Shown: positions 50,732 to 61,856, numbered from the stretch's first letter. The stretch: DNA of 64,000 nt from Candidatus Poribacteria bacterium (GCA_965218095.1 OZ244587.1:4096001-4160000); one strand, 5' to 3'. The notes: generated by a model from the letters alone, not told the origin. Numbers and translations are program-made.

Positions 50732-50760
50732 ATTATACCCCATTTTCCACAATGAGGCAA
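50732..50760 (-). promoter_or_regulatory. Promoter of the receptor array
   Basis: TTGCCT-17 bp-TATAAT. Confidence 0.65.
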
Positions 50761-51092
50761 AACCTTTTTGCCAATCAGCCAAGACTTCGGCGAGCTCAAT
50801 TGACCGCTCCATCAATCGGGTATGTGTAAAAAACGCGACCCATGTCTGCCCGCTCGAACTCTGTAGCGCCTCAAAGGGTAAATCGTAGACCGCCTCCAAC
50901 TGCTGCTGCGTAAAAACCGTCTCAGGTGTTCCAATGGTGACCGTTTCGCACGGTTTATCTCCACTCCCCGATCGGCGTCAGAGACATGCTTGATAGTCAT
51001 TACGCGATGTGTTATACTTTCGGCCGAAAAGAGAAAATGATTCTCCTGAACAACTATCTTAAAAAGGGCTTATTCCGCTAATGGAGGGAATC

Positions 51093-51228
51093 ATGTCTCG
51101 CTGTACAATCCCACCTGACACTAGAGGAATACCTCGCTTTGGAACGCAAGGCGACGACCAAAAGCGAATACCTCAACGGTCAGACTTACGCGATGTCCGG
51201 TGCCAGTCGGGCGCATAATCTCCTCTCT
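51093..51228 (+). pseudogene. Uma2 family endonuclease N-terminal fragment
   Basis: LTLEEYLALERKATTKSEYLNGQTYAMSGASRAHNL. Confidence 0.8.
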
Positions 51229-51418
51229 GTTGACTGTTGAGATCAAAAGGCTTTTCCGTATAAAACCGTTCTAAACCCCTTTCAAAATTGGGTCAAGAAG
51301 AAAACCCGGACTTTCTCGCCAACCCTTTACAAAAATAGCGGACTATGCTATTATTACGCCTACATTTACGCATTACAGAGTAACGTTGACCAACCATCTA
51401 AGCACATAGGGAGAAAAA

Positions 51419-52315
51419 ATGTTACAACCCAACGATTCATCACAAGCAAGCAACAGGGAAGCCGCCACAACGGCGCCGCTTCAACCGATGGGGTTCACGG
51501 ATATTCTGGACACAATATTCAGTCTCTATCGGAACCACTTCCGGCTGTTTTTAGGCATCTGCGCCGTTTATTTCGTTTTAACGTTAGGGTTGGACCTGCT
51601 CACAGGTATTTCAACGTTTTTCTTTGCCAGTTCCGGCCGATGGAGCATGATGATAGCAATAACCCTCGTTACTTCCTTGATTGCCATTGTGGTTGGTCTT
51701 TTCGTCATAGGTGGGGTTGTGTTCGCCGGTGCCCAAGCCTACTTAGGCAGGCACATCACAGCCCGCGCCGCATTCAGGCAAGCCAAACGCCGGTTTTGGC
51801 CCTACTTCGGAAGTGGTCTACTCTGGCTGTTAGTTGTTGGGGTATTGGCGATAACCATCATCGGTATCCCGGTCGCCATCTATTTTGGAACGCGTTGGAC
51901 TTTCTACACACAAGCTGTTTTAATTGAGGAGACCTCGGCGTGGAATGCGCTGAGACGCAGCCGTGAATTGGTCAAAGGCGCGTGGTGGCGCGTCTTTGGT
52001 ATCGTGTTAGCAATTTTTCTGCTTTTTTCCACGATTCAAATCATACTTCAATTCTCTTTATTATTCGTGTTCGGTATAACGCAAGCGATAGGTGATGAAG
52101 GGGATCTGGTGGAAATGTTTCGACGGTTATTCGTGCCGGAACTGACGACTCGGGACGGGTTGGTCACTTACGTGATTCAGAACTTCATCAACCACGTCGT
52201 CGCGAGCCTGACACTGCCGATTGGGATAATCGGTATCACGCTTCTCTACTTCGACCAGCGTATTCGGAAAGAGGGGTTTGATATTGAGATGCGTGTGACC
52301 AACGAGGCGATGTGA
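51419..52315 (+). CDS. Integral membrane protein typical of MoxR-associated clusters
   Basis: PLQPMGFTDILD, ALRRSRELVKG.WWR, LLYFDQRIRKEGFD. Confidence 0.8.
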   Translation: MLQPNDSSQASNREAATTAPLQPMGFTDILDTIFSLYRNHFRLFLGICAVYFVLTLGLDLLTGISTFFFASSGRWSMMIAITLVTSLIAIVVGLFVIGGVVFAGAQAYLGRHITARAAFRQAKRRFWPYFGSGLLWLLVVGVLAITIIGIPVAIYFGTRWTFYTQAVLIEETSAWNALRRSRELVKGAWWRVFGIVLAIFLLFSTIQIILQFSLLFVFGITQAIGDEGDLVEMFRRLFVPELTTRDGLVTYVIQNFINHVVASLTLPIGIIGITLLYFDQRIRKEGFDIEMRVTNEAM

Positions 52316-52422
52316 CAGCATTGGGGAAGGCAATTGACACGCATTCCAATTCCTGTTTACGCGGTAGTTAAAAGATGTAGGTAATAGATAACCCCGTTTC
52401 ACGAGATGAAGAAACTTTGAAC

Positions 52423-53061
52423 ATGAGCCAAAACCTTAAAACGCCCATTTGTGCGATACTCCTTTTAGCAACTACCGCTATACTGTTTGCTGTAGAGACA
52501 GAGGAAGGACGATTTAGAGAAGAGGTGGAGGCGAACCGCACCGAGATGGACGTTTCTTTTGAGAAATACGAGGATATTTTATCCAAACTCCTCTCGCCCA
52601 ACACGCCCTGGGATATCAACCTCAAATACATGCTGTTCGGGCTTGGACTCCTCGTGCTGATCGGTGTGACCGTCTTTTTTATTCAACAAATCCGTAGGAA
52701 TCTGATTACTGAGGCGCGAGATAAGGTGGCTGAATCCTCAATGGATACTGTGGCGACAGAGCAGGCGGCGCTCACCCAATCTGAAGCGGCGTCGGCATCG
52801 CATAACTTTCGGGACGCGCTCCGCTTCCTCTATTTATCAGCAATTTTGCACCTCCGGGAGCGGGGCATACTCACCTACGATAAGAGCCTGACCAATCTCG
52901 AATATCTCCACACATTGCAGACGCACGCTGAATTACAAGACGCGCTGCGTCCTGCGATTCAGGTCTTTGATGATGTCTGGTACGGCTACAAACCGTGCAA
53001 CGCGGACACCATCGCAAATTACCGAGAACTGTTGCAAAAAGTGTATCTAACGAGCGGATGA
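52423..53061 (+). CDS. DUF4129 domain protein
   Basis: ALRFLYL, SLTNLEY, FDDVWYG. Confidence 0.8.
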   Translation: MSQNLKTPICAILLLATTAILFAVETEEGRFREEVEANRTEMDVSFEKYEDILSKLLSPNTPWDINLKYMLFGLGLLVLIGVTVFFIQQIRRNLITEARDKVAESSMDTVATEQAALTQSEAASASHNFRDALRFLYLSAILHLRERGILTYDKSLTNLEYLHTLQTHAELQDALRPAIQVFDDVWYGYKPCNADTIANYRELLQKVYLTSG

Positions 53062-53197
53062 GTACACGTCGGTAGAAATCATTGGGCGTTGAGAAGCAAC
53101 CGAGTTTTTGCCAATAACTCGGTTGCTAAATGGTAAGGAGCTTCCGCCATGCTGCAATGAGTTCTCCCGTCTCCCCTGACCAAGAGAGTGTCAACCG

Positions 53198-54325
53198 ATG
53201 AGAAACTCCAAAACTTGTCTCCTCAGCATTGCCCTGATTGTGCTCTCCTTTTTTGGGCTTTCGTGCGATCAGCTTTATCAAGGTAGCGCGCTCTACCGTG
53301 TCTTGCGGGCGTTGAAATTCCGCGTGACGAAAATCAAAGCGGAACAACCCGCCCGGCTGGATAGGTTGGACGTGCTATTTCTGCGGCAGCTACATGAAGC
53401 CTTAGACGAGGAGGAGATTGAGGAGATACACCACTTCGTCGAGGGCGGCGGCACCCTGATTGTCGCCGGAAACCACCGAGCGCTCGATTCCTTGTTATTC
53501 GATTACGGATTAGAGATGCGCAACGCATCAAAACCGTTGGAGACCTCGCGCCGAATCCCGATAGCCCCCATCTTTCCAAACCGTCCGGTCAACGAAATTT
53601 ACTCCAGAACCGACTTTGCCATCCGACCGATCGAACAGGATGTAGCACCGCTCTTCGGGCAAGAGACAGATTATTCGATTGTAACGTTCCGTGAAGGGGA
53701 CGGACGCGCCTTTTTCATGTCCTGCCCCTATATTTTCAACTATTTCGGTCTAGGAGATGATCGGAACGCAACGTTCCTCTACAACCTGATGGCGACGTTG
53801 CCCCGCCGGGCGCGTATCGGGCTGGCTGAATCGCGCTACTACGCCTTCGGCTCAACAGACGCCGTTAACCCGCTGATCTACCTGCTGTTCAAAACGCCGG
53901 GCGGTTTGGGCGTTGTTTATATCGGGCTGATCGTTTTCCTGTTTCTGATTCTCCGTGGGCGACGATTCGGCAAGCCTCTGGCGGTGGAGGAAACGCACAG
54001 GCGCGTCAGTTCAGAATACGTCCTCGCCATGACCGCCCTTTATCAAAAAGGGAACACCCGTCCGGCGATTTTGAAGCAGATACGCGATACATTCCGATCA
54101 GACCTCGCGGCACGATGGCAGATTAACCCCAATTTAGAGACCGTCACCTTCGTGGAAGAGATCGCCAAACGGAAACCGATTGATACCGACGAACTCCAAA
54201 GGCTTCTGACAGGACTGGAACCGCGTGGAGATATATCGGAGGCGCGTCTCCTTTCACTCGCCAAACAGGTTGAAGCCTATTGTGATGCGGCGAAAATTGG
54301 ACGCGCACGACCGATCCAGCGTTAA
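53198..54325 (+). CDS. DUF4350 domain protein
   Basis: FVEGGGTLIVA, N..L...NA, GRRFGKP, EYVLAM..LY. Confidence 0.75.
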   Translation: MRNSKTCLLSIALIVLSFFGLSCDQLYQGSALYRVLRALKFRVTKIKAEQPARLDRLDVLFLRQLHEALDEEEIEEIHHFVEGGGTLIVAGNHRALDSLLFDYGLEMRNASKPLETSRRIPIAPIFPNRPVNEIYSRTDFAIRPIEQDVAPLFGQETDYSIVTFREGDGRAFFMSCPYIFNYFGLGDDRNATFLYNLMATLPRRARIGLAESRYYAFGSTDAVNPLIYLLFKTPGGLGVVYIGLIVFLFLILRGRRFGKPLAVEETHRRVSSEYVLAMTALYQKGNTRPAILKQIRDTFRSDLAARWQINPNLETVTFVEEIAKRKPIDTDELQRLLTGLEPRGDISEARLLSLAKQVEAYCDAAKIGRARPIQR

Positions 54326-54559
54326 ATGACTTCAATCCGGATGATCGGAAGTTTAGTCACACTCCATATTCACGAACTTTTGAGCCAACACAAGCCCTAA
54401 AAAAGTATGTTGTACAAACGGCTCCCAAAGTCATCCAACGCTGTCTCCTCATGTTCCCCTCCGCTTGCGGAGGGGTTAGGGGAGGTAGATCCAAGTTCCC
54501 CGCCGCCTCCAGAGAGGCTAGGGACGGTCAATCAAACGACAGAGGGGATAGGACGTGTG

Positions 54560-54640
54560 TGGGAGGAGATGTACGACCCCAAGCGTAAACTTCAAGACAT
54601 GGATCACGCTGGCATTGACATCGCGATCATCAGCACCAAT
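54560..54640 (+). pseudogene. Amidohydrolase_2 fragment
   Basis: MYDPKRKLQDMDHAGIDIAIIS only. Confidence 0.45.
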
Positions 54641-54897
54641 ATTCTTGGGCATTGTTTGACCTTGGGGAATGGAGGCAGGAAAAAGTGGAAAAGCATGTGG
54701 GGATGGTTCATTTTCTGTGGTATCACTAAATGCGTGGTGCGCTCCGTTCCATTTGGCGTATCAAGAAGACGACCCGGGATTTGAGTTCAAAGGTTCAAGA
54801 GTTCAATGAACCCATGAACTTTTACGAAGTTAATTTTCCAGTTCCGGCTCTCAAAATAAGGAGATTATAGAGCGGTGATGAATCATGTTACAGAGTT

Positions 54898-56071
54898 ATG
54901 AGTTATCCGAGTCAAACACGCCGCAGACGGCCATTCAGACAAACACAGCCGTGGTCGGTGCTGGCGCCGCGGAACTTGCCGTTGGCGCCTGTCTCCAACA
55001 CGTTGGAATTCCGTTCATGATGCTTGAGCAAGCTGATTAGGTGAGTTCAGTCTGGCGGCATCACTACGACCGGCTCCAATTACACACGGATAAGGGGCAT
55101 TCAGGACTACCCTATTTCCCATTTCCCAAACACCACGCCAAGTATCCATCGTGCTTACAGGTAATCGAATATCTGGAAGCGTACGCCCGGCATTTCCAAC
55201 TGGAGCCGAAGTTCGGTCAGCGGGTTGTCTCGTCACAATTCCGAAATGAGATTTGGGAGACCCGGACCCAGTACACACTTTACGTCCGCAGAATTTGGTG
55301 GTTGCCACCGGGAATGCCAGAACGCCATATACCCCCACCTGGCCGAATCAGGAGTCTTTTCAAGGCACGATGATTCATAGCTCCAAGCACAAGAATGGTA
55401 AGCTCTTTCAAAATCAGGGTGTTTTGGTTGTCAGATTTGGCAACTCAGGAGGTGAAATCGCCATCGACTTATCGGAGCATGGCGCCAAACTGAGCATTTC
55501 CGTCCGAAGTCCAGTCAATGTGATTCCACGCGATGTGTTGGGCATTCCAATTCTGGCGATGTCGATACCGTTGAATAAGATCCCTGCGCGACTAGCGGAC
55601 GCGCTGTCAGCTCCCCTTTTGCGATTATTGATTGGAGACCTGACCCACGTTGAACTTCACAAGCTGCCCTACGGTCCCATAACCCAAATCAAACGGGACC
55701 GCAAGGTGCCGCTGATCGATGTCGGTACGATAACACTCATTAAGCGAGGATATATTAAAGTGTATGCTGGAATCGAACGGTTCACCAGCGACGGCGTTGT
55801 GTTTGTTGATGGCGAGCAAAAGAAATTTGATTCGGTGATCCTTGCAACCGGGTATCGTGCACATGTTGATTCATTTCTGAAGGATGCATCCCTAGTAACA
55901 GATGCTGATGGCAATCCACTTTCCAGTGGACAGGAGACTTCCGTCCCTGGTTTATATTTCTACGGTTTCTATGTTGCGCCTACAGGCATGCTGCGAGAAA
56001 TCGCTATCGAAGCAAAACGCATCAGCAGAGATATAAAGCGGAATCATCAGAAGCAACGCAACGCGAAATAA
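54898..56071 (+). pseudogene. Flavin-containing monooxygenase (YUCCA-like), disrupted
   Basis: VVGAG, W..HYDRL.LH, VATG, GNSG.EIA.DL, LATGY; TAG at 55038-55040 and a frameshift near 55260-55280. Confidence 0.85.
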
Positions 56072-56256
56072 GTACACCGAAAATGAGGTAGAATCAGGCA
56101 ATAGCGGTTAGATGGGAGCGAGCCTAAATCAATCCGTGTGCTTTCAAATAAGTACTGTGTTTCTGCGGGACATACGGCGCCCTATAATTCAGATGGCTAT
56201 ATACGAAATCCGTTACTGAAACAACACCTCACCTTTTCCCCCGAAAAATCCAGAAA

Positions 56257-57435
56257 ATGCAAAGAGATCATTGGCTGAAAGTAGAATTAGACCAACTCAA
56301 TCAGACTGGACTTCGGCGATCGCTACGCTCCGTCATGACGGCGCCAACAGGACGCAGCGTGCTTGATGGACGCGAGGTCATCCTGCTCGGATCGAACAAC
56401 TATCTGGGTTTGAGCACACACCCGAAAGTGATTGAAGCCGCGGCTGAAGCCGTGCGGGAATACGGAGCGTGCGCAAGTGCATCCCGTCTGATGTCGGGCA
56501 ATTGTCAGCTTTACGCTGCGCTCGAAGTGAAGATCGCTGAAGTTAAGGAAACCGAAGCCGCCTTAGTTTTTAGTTCCGGGTATCTGGCGAATATCGGCGC
56601 AATTCCCGCGCTGGCAGGCGGTGGCGATCTCATTCTCAGCGATGTCCTCAACCACGCGAGCATTATCGATGGGTGCCGCCTGAGTAAAGCTGCAACACGA
56701 ATCTATCGGCATTGCGATGTCGAGCATTTGGAATCGCTGCTGGCGCAATCGGCGAAATTCAGACACCGGCTGATTGTGACCGATGGGGTTTTCAGCATGG
56801 ATGGCGATATTGCACCACTTTCTGAGATCTGCGATCTGGCAGAGGCATACGACGCAATGGTGATGATTGATGATGCTCACGGCTTTGGGGTTTTAGGGGA
56901 ACGGGGTGGGGGCACGGTTGAACATTTCGGGCTGGAAAATCGCGGCGTTATTCAGATGGGAACGTTGAGTAAAGCAATAGGTGGGTTGGGGGGATATGTT
57001 GCTGGCAGCCGCGTGTTAATCGATTTTCTGGTGAACAAGGCGCGAGGCTTCATCTTCACAACCGGACTTCCGCCAGCGACATTGGCGGGGGCTTTAGCTG
57101 CGATTGATGTGATGAAATCGACGCCCGAATTGCGCCGATGTCTGTCATCCAATGCCCGATGGCTAAAAGCCGCTTTACCTGAAGCAGGATTCCAACTCCT
57201 GCCCAGTGAAACCCCAATTGTTCCGCTGATCCTTGGGGCGGCGGATGTCGCTTCACGGTTTGCCGAAGCCCTGTTTGAACATGGGGTATACGCACCCGCC
57301 ATCCGTCCTCCCACTGTACTAGAAGGAACGAGCCGTTTGCGGATCTCTGTGATGGCGTCTCACACGACCGAAGATTTGGAGGCCGCGGTGTCCGGTTTTG
57401 TCAAGGTAAGATCGGCACTTCAGACCGCCTCGTAA
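56257..57435 (+). CDS. bioF: 8-amino-7-oxononanoate synthase
   Basis: SNNYLGL, SGYLAN, NHASIIDG, FSMDGD, DDAH, TLSKA, AIRPPTV. Confidence 0.9.
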   Translation: MQRDHWLKVELDQLNQTGLRRSLRSVMTAPTGRSVLDGREVILLGSNNYLGLSTHPKVIEAAAEAVREYGACASASRLMSGNCQLYAALEVKIAEVKETEAALVFSSGYLANIGAIPALAGGGDLILSDVLNHASIIDGCRLSKAATRIYRHCDVEHLESLLAQSAKFRHRLIVTDGVFSMDGDIAPLSEICDLAEAYDAMVMIDDAHGFGVLGERGGGTVEHFGLENRGVIQMGTLSKAIGGLGGYVAGSRVLIDFLVNKARGFIFTTGLPPATLAGALAAIDVMKSTPELRRCLSSNARWLKAALPEAGFQLLPSETPIVPLILGAADVASRFAEALFEHGVYAPAIRPPTVLEGTSRLRISVMASHTTEDLEAAVSGFVKVRSALQTAS

Positions 57436-57465
57436 GCTACGAGCTTTAGTGGAATCAATATTGAC

Positions 57466-57494
57466 TTGACAATCTCATTCTTGTCCACTACAAT
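57466..57494 (+). promoter_or_regulatory. Sigma70 promoter
   Basis: TTGACA-17 bp-TACAAT. Confidence 0.65.
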
Positions 57495-57620
57495 AAGCCA
57501 AGTTACTACTACGAATCTTGCAGATTTGCACGGATTTGACTGAAAATCAACCATGCAAATCGGCGCCATCTGTGGAACCTGCGTTCCATTTTAGAAAAGC
57601 AGATCCCAGGAGAAATGCAA

Positions 57621-57955
57621 ATGTCAAATAAGAAATTCTCTTCTCAATTACGTTCCGCCCGAAAGCAACGAAAGCTCAGTCAGACCCAATTAGCGGCGCG
57701 TGCGGGGTTACAGCCGTCAGAGATCTCCCATTTTGAAGCGGGACGACGTTCTCCCTCACTCCACAACCTCACCTAGCGGACGCGCTGGACGTGAAAGCGG
57801 ATTATCTGCTGGGACGTGCCGATGAACCTAGAGCCTCGGGGACGACGATAGTTCAGTTATTCCACCACGCGGAAGGGATGTCACAGGAAGACTTAGAATC
57901 ATTGGCCAGTTTTGCGGAAACCCTCACTGCAAAAAACCAGAAAGCGGAGTCTTAA
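57621..57955 (+). pseudogene. XRE-family HTH regulator, frameshifted
   Basis: LSQTQLAARAGL..SEISHFEAGRRSPS then LADALDV.ADYLLG in another frame; break near 57773. Confidence 0.8.
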
Positions 57956-58023
57956 GAGACTGATGGGCATCGATTTTTCTAGTAAATGGCGTAGGCTTTT
58001 ATACACACTGAGGCAGGAGATTT

Positions 58024-59175
58024 ATGTTCAACACGATTGGGATTGGGCACAACCATGACCGATTCACTACGCTTACCGATTTCCCTCCAGTTATTGAACA
58101 AATTGCTGTACACCTCCACGTTCCACCAGATCAAGTACGATCTACTGCGATCCGACACGGTACGCTTGAAAGAAACAATGTCTGGCAGCTAATGGCGATG
58201 GGGCGTTCCTTCCTTCTGAAGCAGCATCTGATAACCCACCCTGTTGGCGAGTCTGCCTTTACGCCATTTCAGGTCGAGTCTGCAGTTTTCTCGGCGCTGC
58301 GTCAGGCAGGCTGTCGCGTTCCCGAGATCTACTGGAAATCGGAATCGGCTCAGTGCTTACTGCTGGAATGGTGCGGGTATACAACCCTTGATAAGCTCGC
58401 CCAGGAGACGCCAATCGAAAATCTAAAACCAATCACACGAAACACCATCCGGGAGTTTTGCCGCCTGGAAGATAGGTTTGCCAAATGTGCTCACGCTCTC
58501 AACCTCTACATCTACCCATTGGATTATGCGGACTTTCTACACAATACAATGCGGGAATTATTAGATCGGGGCAGAAAAACGATGAACTATCTGGCGTGGC
58601 TGACAGGTCGACCGATGCGGCCCAATCAAGCAGCAGCGATCGACAAGATCTGGGCGCGTTTGTTCCATTGCTTGCACCATGTGGCGCCAACGTTAGGGAC
58701 TTTGGACTATAACGCGCGGAATATCGTCGTGGATGGAGGTGCCCCGACGTTCATCGATTTTGGGTGCATTGGCTGGGATTGGGGAACGCGGCGTCTGGTA
58801 CAATCACTCAATAGTTTGGGCGCGAACCGGTCGGGAGGGAACTTTGTGAGTTTGTTGGATGGAGAAATCGTCGAAGAATATGCCAATCAAATTGTAAAAT
58901 ATCGGGAGGGGTGTTCCGAAACTAATATTGCTGCACAGGTCGATTACCATCACCTGCTTTTTTATCTGTCAATTGTCTATCGACTATTACAAGCAACAGC
59001 GCAGCCAAAGGACGAGGAAAGCAAATCTCTGTTGCGAGCGTGGGGGGACCCAAAGGCAAGATTCGGGCGGGCGGTAGATCTCCTCGTGGATTCCCGCTTG
59101 AGCGAGGACTTGGATGCACGCCAAATCCGAGACTTTGTCGCGGGGTTTCGAGAGGCTTCGGGACAGAAAGGTTAG
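58024..59175 (+). CDS. Aminoglycoside phosphotransferase-like kinase
   Basis: VPEIY, LLLEW, DYNARNI, FIDF. Confidence 0.7.
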   Translation: MFNTIGIGHNHDRFTTLTDFPPVIEQIAVHLHVPPDQVRSTAIRHGTLERNNVWQLMAMGRSFLLKQHLITHPVGESAFTPFQVESAVFSALRQAGCRVPEIYWKSESAQCLLLEWCGYTTLDKLAQETPIENLKPITRNTIREFCRLEDRFAKCAHALNLYIYPLDYADFLHNTMRELLDRGRKTMNYLAWLTGRPMRPNQAAAIDKIWARLFHCLHHVAPTLGTLDYNARNIVVDGGAPTFIDFGCIGWDWGTRRLVQSLNSLGANRSGGNFVSLLDGEIVEEYANQIVKYREGCSETNIAAQVDYHHLLFYLSIVYRLLQATAQPKDEESKSLLRAWGDPKARFGRAVDLLVDSRLSEDLDARQIRDFVAGFREASGQKG

Positions 59176-59224
59176 AAACGGGGCAACGCACGGAAGTCTC
59201 TACACGTTTCGACTACCTTCATTC

Positions 59225-59841
59225 AACGTAATGACCTTCTCTGCTTTGAGCTAATCGATGGCTTCGATAAATTCTCGGTTATCGATGGCATACGCTGGAA
59301 CATAAAAGGTGTCTGTGTCAACTGGCAGCAGGTACTTTCGCTCCCCATCAAAGTAGCCGTGTCCGCTAAAAAATATCAGGACGGTGTCGTCTTCTTTGAC
59401 TTCTCGAACTAACCACTTTCTCAAAGCGTGAAGGATGTTCGCTTCCGTTGGTCGTAACCGTCTGTCAGAAACATCGCTTGTTAGCAATCTCACTTTATCC
59501 GTTGAAAATTGACCTCTATCTGGATCTATCAGCAATTGATATAAGGCTTTCGCATCGGCGACGGCATACCTGAGGGGATTAATCTCATCGTTGTCATACT
59601 TGTCGATGCCAATGATTAAAGCCCATCGATTACTTTGTTTTTGCAGTTGAGCGTCCGCATCATCTAAGAGCGCCTCGATCTTGAAGTGTTTTGGTGTTTG
59701 TGCCACATTTGCCGACGCACACAAAAACAACATCACAAATGTGCTAATGAATCGAAGAAGTTCTCTGGATATTTGAATTTCCTTCTTTCTCGACTGAGCC
59801 GTTTGTGAACCATAGAAGTTGAGAAAATATGTAATGGTCAA
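59225..59841 (-). pseudogene. Caspase (C14) domain protein, truncated
   Basis: ALIIGIDKY, LRYAVADA, FFSGHG; TAG then LKAEKVITL; catalytic Cys motif absent. Confidence 0.8.
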
Positions 59842-59886
59842 TAGGATGATCTACACTTTTGCTCGCCAAATCCAAGCCGCAAATTG

Positions 59887-59945
59887 TAGGGTGGGCACCG
59901 CCCACCACTGCCTACGCGGGCTTTGGTGGGCGGTGCCCACCCTAC
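59887..59945. repeat. REP doublet
   Basis: GTAGGGTGGGCACCGCCCACC...GGTGGGCGGTGCCCACCCTAC. Confidence 0.8.
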
Positions 59946-60047
59946 GGGAGATAATGTCTACCATCTTCCTGACCAATACAGAAGTTGAGAAAATAACTCG
60001 GTTATCAACCTTGAAAAGGTCCTGAACCTTTTCAAGGTTAAGCCGCA

Positions 60048-60473
60048 TCATTCAAAGGCTTGCTTGTCCTCGGATAAGATCGTGGACTCCAAATGGTTCA
60101 AAAATTCAATGACCTCTCCTGTTGACGGCTTTGTTTTCTGAAATTTGGATTGGTATTCCCTCAGCACCCCCTCAAGCTGTATCAGATCCGTCTGGCGATC
60201 AGCGTTTACCTCTCGGACCTTCTTAAACCGGGAGTGGATTTCCGCTTCGGAGACGCCATCCGGTTTGCGCATCCAATTGCCATCCGGCGCCTTCTTTAAC
60301 AAATGCGCTTCGACGCCGTTCAGGGCACGTTCCGCCATCCAATGTCGCGCCCCTTCAAATCCACCGAGTTTTTGATACAGAAAAATCCCAACGACAAAAA
60401 TAACCGTAGCAGCAACCAACAAGGATATCAGAACACGCTGATAACAGCCTTGTAGCCTATCCATCCGCGCCAT
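60048..60473 (-). CDS. Hypothetical single-pass membrane protein
   Basis: One hydrophobic helix; 3 nt downstream of the amidohydrolase stop. Confidence 0.7.
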   Translation of the reverse strand: MARMDRLQGCYQRVLISLLVAATVIFVVGIFLYQKLGGFEGARHWMAERALNGVEAHLLKKAPDGNWMRKPDGVSEAEIHSRFKKVREVNADRQTDLIQLEGVLREYQSKFQKTKPSTGEVIEFLNHLESTILSEDKQAFE

Positions 60474-60476
60474 ATA

Positions 60477-61592
60477 TCACAGTTTCCCCTCACGGATTGT
60501 TAAATCAGCTTTCAGTTTCCGTTTGCCGATGACCATTGTGCCGTGCGCGTCGAAGAACTCGAATTCGCCCTCAATGAGATCAAAAACAGCGCTGTCGGCG
60601 ACCGTTCCGATTTTGAGATGCCCAAGCTCATCTTCGCGCCGAATCGCTTTTGCAGCAGTAATGGTTGATTTCTCAACCACCTCCTCAAGGGAGAGTCCAA
60701 GGTCTAAGAATTTTGATAACGTTGTTGGGAAGTCGTAGACGGGACCGTTGATATTGCTGCTGTGCAGGTCGGTGCTGATCACATCAGAGATAAACCCCTG
60801 CTCCATTGCGCGTTGGGCGACCTCGTAATTAAAACTTCCTGCTCCATGGCCGACATCGAAGATAACCCCGTTTTCGCGGGCTGCCCACGCATCAGGAATA
60901 ATCCGTCCCTTGTCATCAACGATGCTATCACCGCGCCCTTGAAAACAGTGGGTAATCACATCGCCGGGTCGCATCAATTTTAGCACATCGGGGAGTGGAA
61001 CACCGGCGCCGATGTGACACATGACGGACGTGTCTGCAAGTTCAGCGGCTTTGATTGCAAGTTTCAGGGGTTCAACGCCGTTATCGCCGACCTGGGATTT
61101 GCCCTGGCGCACCTTGACGCCGATTGTGATGTCCCGATTGCGAATCAGCGTATCGGCAACCTGGCTGGGGTCGGCATATTCAAGTTCATGCATTTCGCCA
61201 ACGGGACCATAAACCAGGCCGATTCCAGAGATATGGATGTAGGTCAATATTTGCGTTCGAGCCGGCTGCGCAATAAATTCGCGAAAGCCGGGGAAAGTCG
61301 CCCAACCTGGACTGCCGGCGTCGACGATTGTCGTGACGCCTGTCGTTGTGCAGATCGGATCGGCTTTAATCCCCCATGTCGTGACTCCCACGTAAACGTG
61401 GGCATGGATGTCCACCAGGCCGGGGGTCACATATTTTCCGTCAACGAAAACGGTTTGCTTTGCCTCTTTTGCGGGAATATCGCCCTCAATTGCTGCAATC
61501 TTTCCATCGACAATCGCGACGTCCCGCTGGTGATGTAGTTTTTGTGCGGGATCGATAACGGTCCCGCCTTTAAGGAGTATGTCGTATTTCAC
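60477..61592 (-). CDS. Amidohydrolase/dihydroorotase-like metallohydrolase
   Basis: PGLVDIHAH, GVTTIVDAGS, GDVITH, DVGHG, ISTDLH. Confidence 0.9.
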   Translation of the reverse strand: MKYDILLKGGTVIDPAQKLHHQRDVAIVDGKIAAIEGDIPAKEAKQTVFVDGKYVTPGLVDIHAHVYVGVTTWGIKADPICTTTGVTTIVDAGSPGWATFPGFREFIAQPARTQILTYIHISGIGLVYGPVGEMHELEYADPSQVADTLIRNRDITIGVKVRQGKSQVGDNGVEPLKLAIKAAELADTSVMCHIGAGVPLPDVLKLMRPGDVITHCFQGRGDSIVDDKGRIIPDAWAARENGVIFDVGHGAGSFNYEVAQRAMEQGFISDVISTDLHSSNINGPVYDFPTTLSKFLDLGLSLEEVVEKSTITAAKAIRREDELGHLKIGTVADSAVFDLIEGEFEFFDAHGTMVIGKRKLKADLTIREGKL

Positions 61593-61628
61593 TAAAGATT
61601 TCCTTCCTCATTTTTTCTACGACTGAGG

Positions 61629-61856
61629 CTACGGCGGACCACCAGGCAAGTCAGTCGGTATCATATTCCGATTTCCAGATTGAATTATATCACCTGTAAC
61701 GTCGTCAACCACGATCCAGTCTCCTGTTTGGGGGTTGACGTATCTTGTTGCAGGATTACCATTTTTGAAATTTGAGGTGCTAAATTTCTGTCCACTGTCA
61801 AAAGCCCTATTGATTTTGTCCTGAGTCCATGGACCTCCACGCTTAGCATCCATCAT
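61629..61856 (-). CDS. Colicin E5-like ribonuclease domain, stand-alone or remnant
   Basis: KRG..WT.D.I, NPATRY, VVDD.TG.IIQ. Confidence 0.6.
   Translation of the reverse strand: MMDAKRGGPWTQDKINRAFDSGQKFSTSNFKNGNPATRYVNPQTGDWIVVDDVTGDIIQSGNRNMIPTDLPGGPP

Noticed and set aside
50717-51000. Possible RadC-like remnant
   Set aside because: Similarity too weak to support by eye
3868-59253. TAG recoding or pyrrolysine, suggested by in-frame TAG at 3868, 55038 and 59251
   Set aside because: Intact genes end in TAG (35769, 49429, 59175), no pyl genes are seen, and two of the three affected genes carry other lesions
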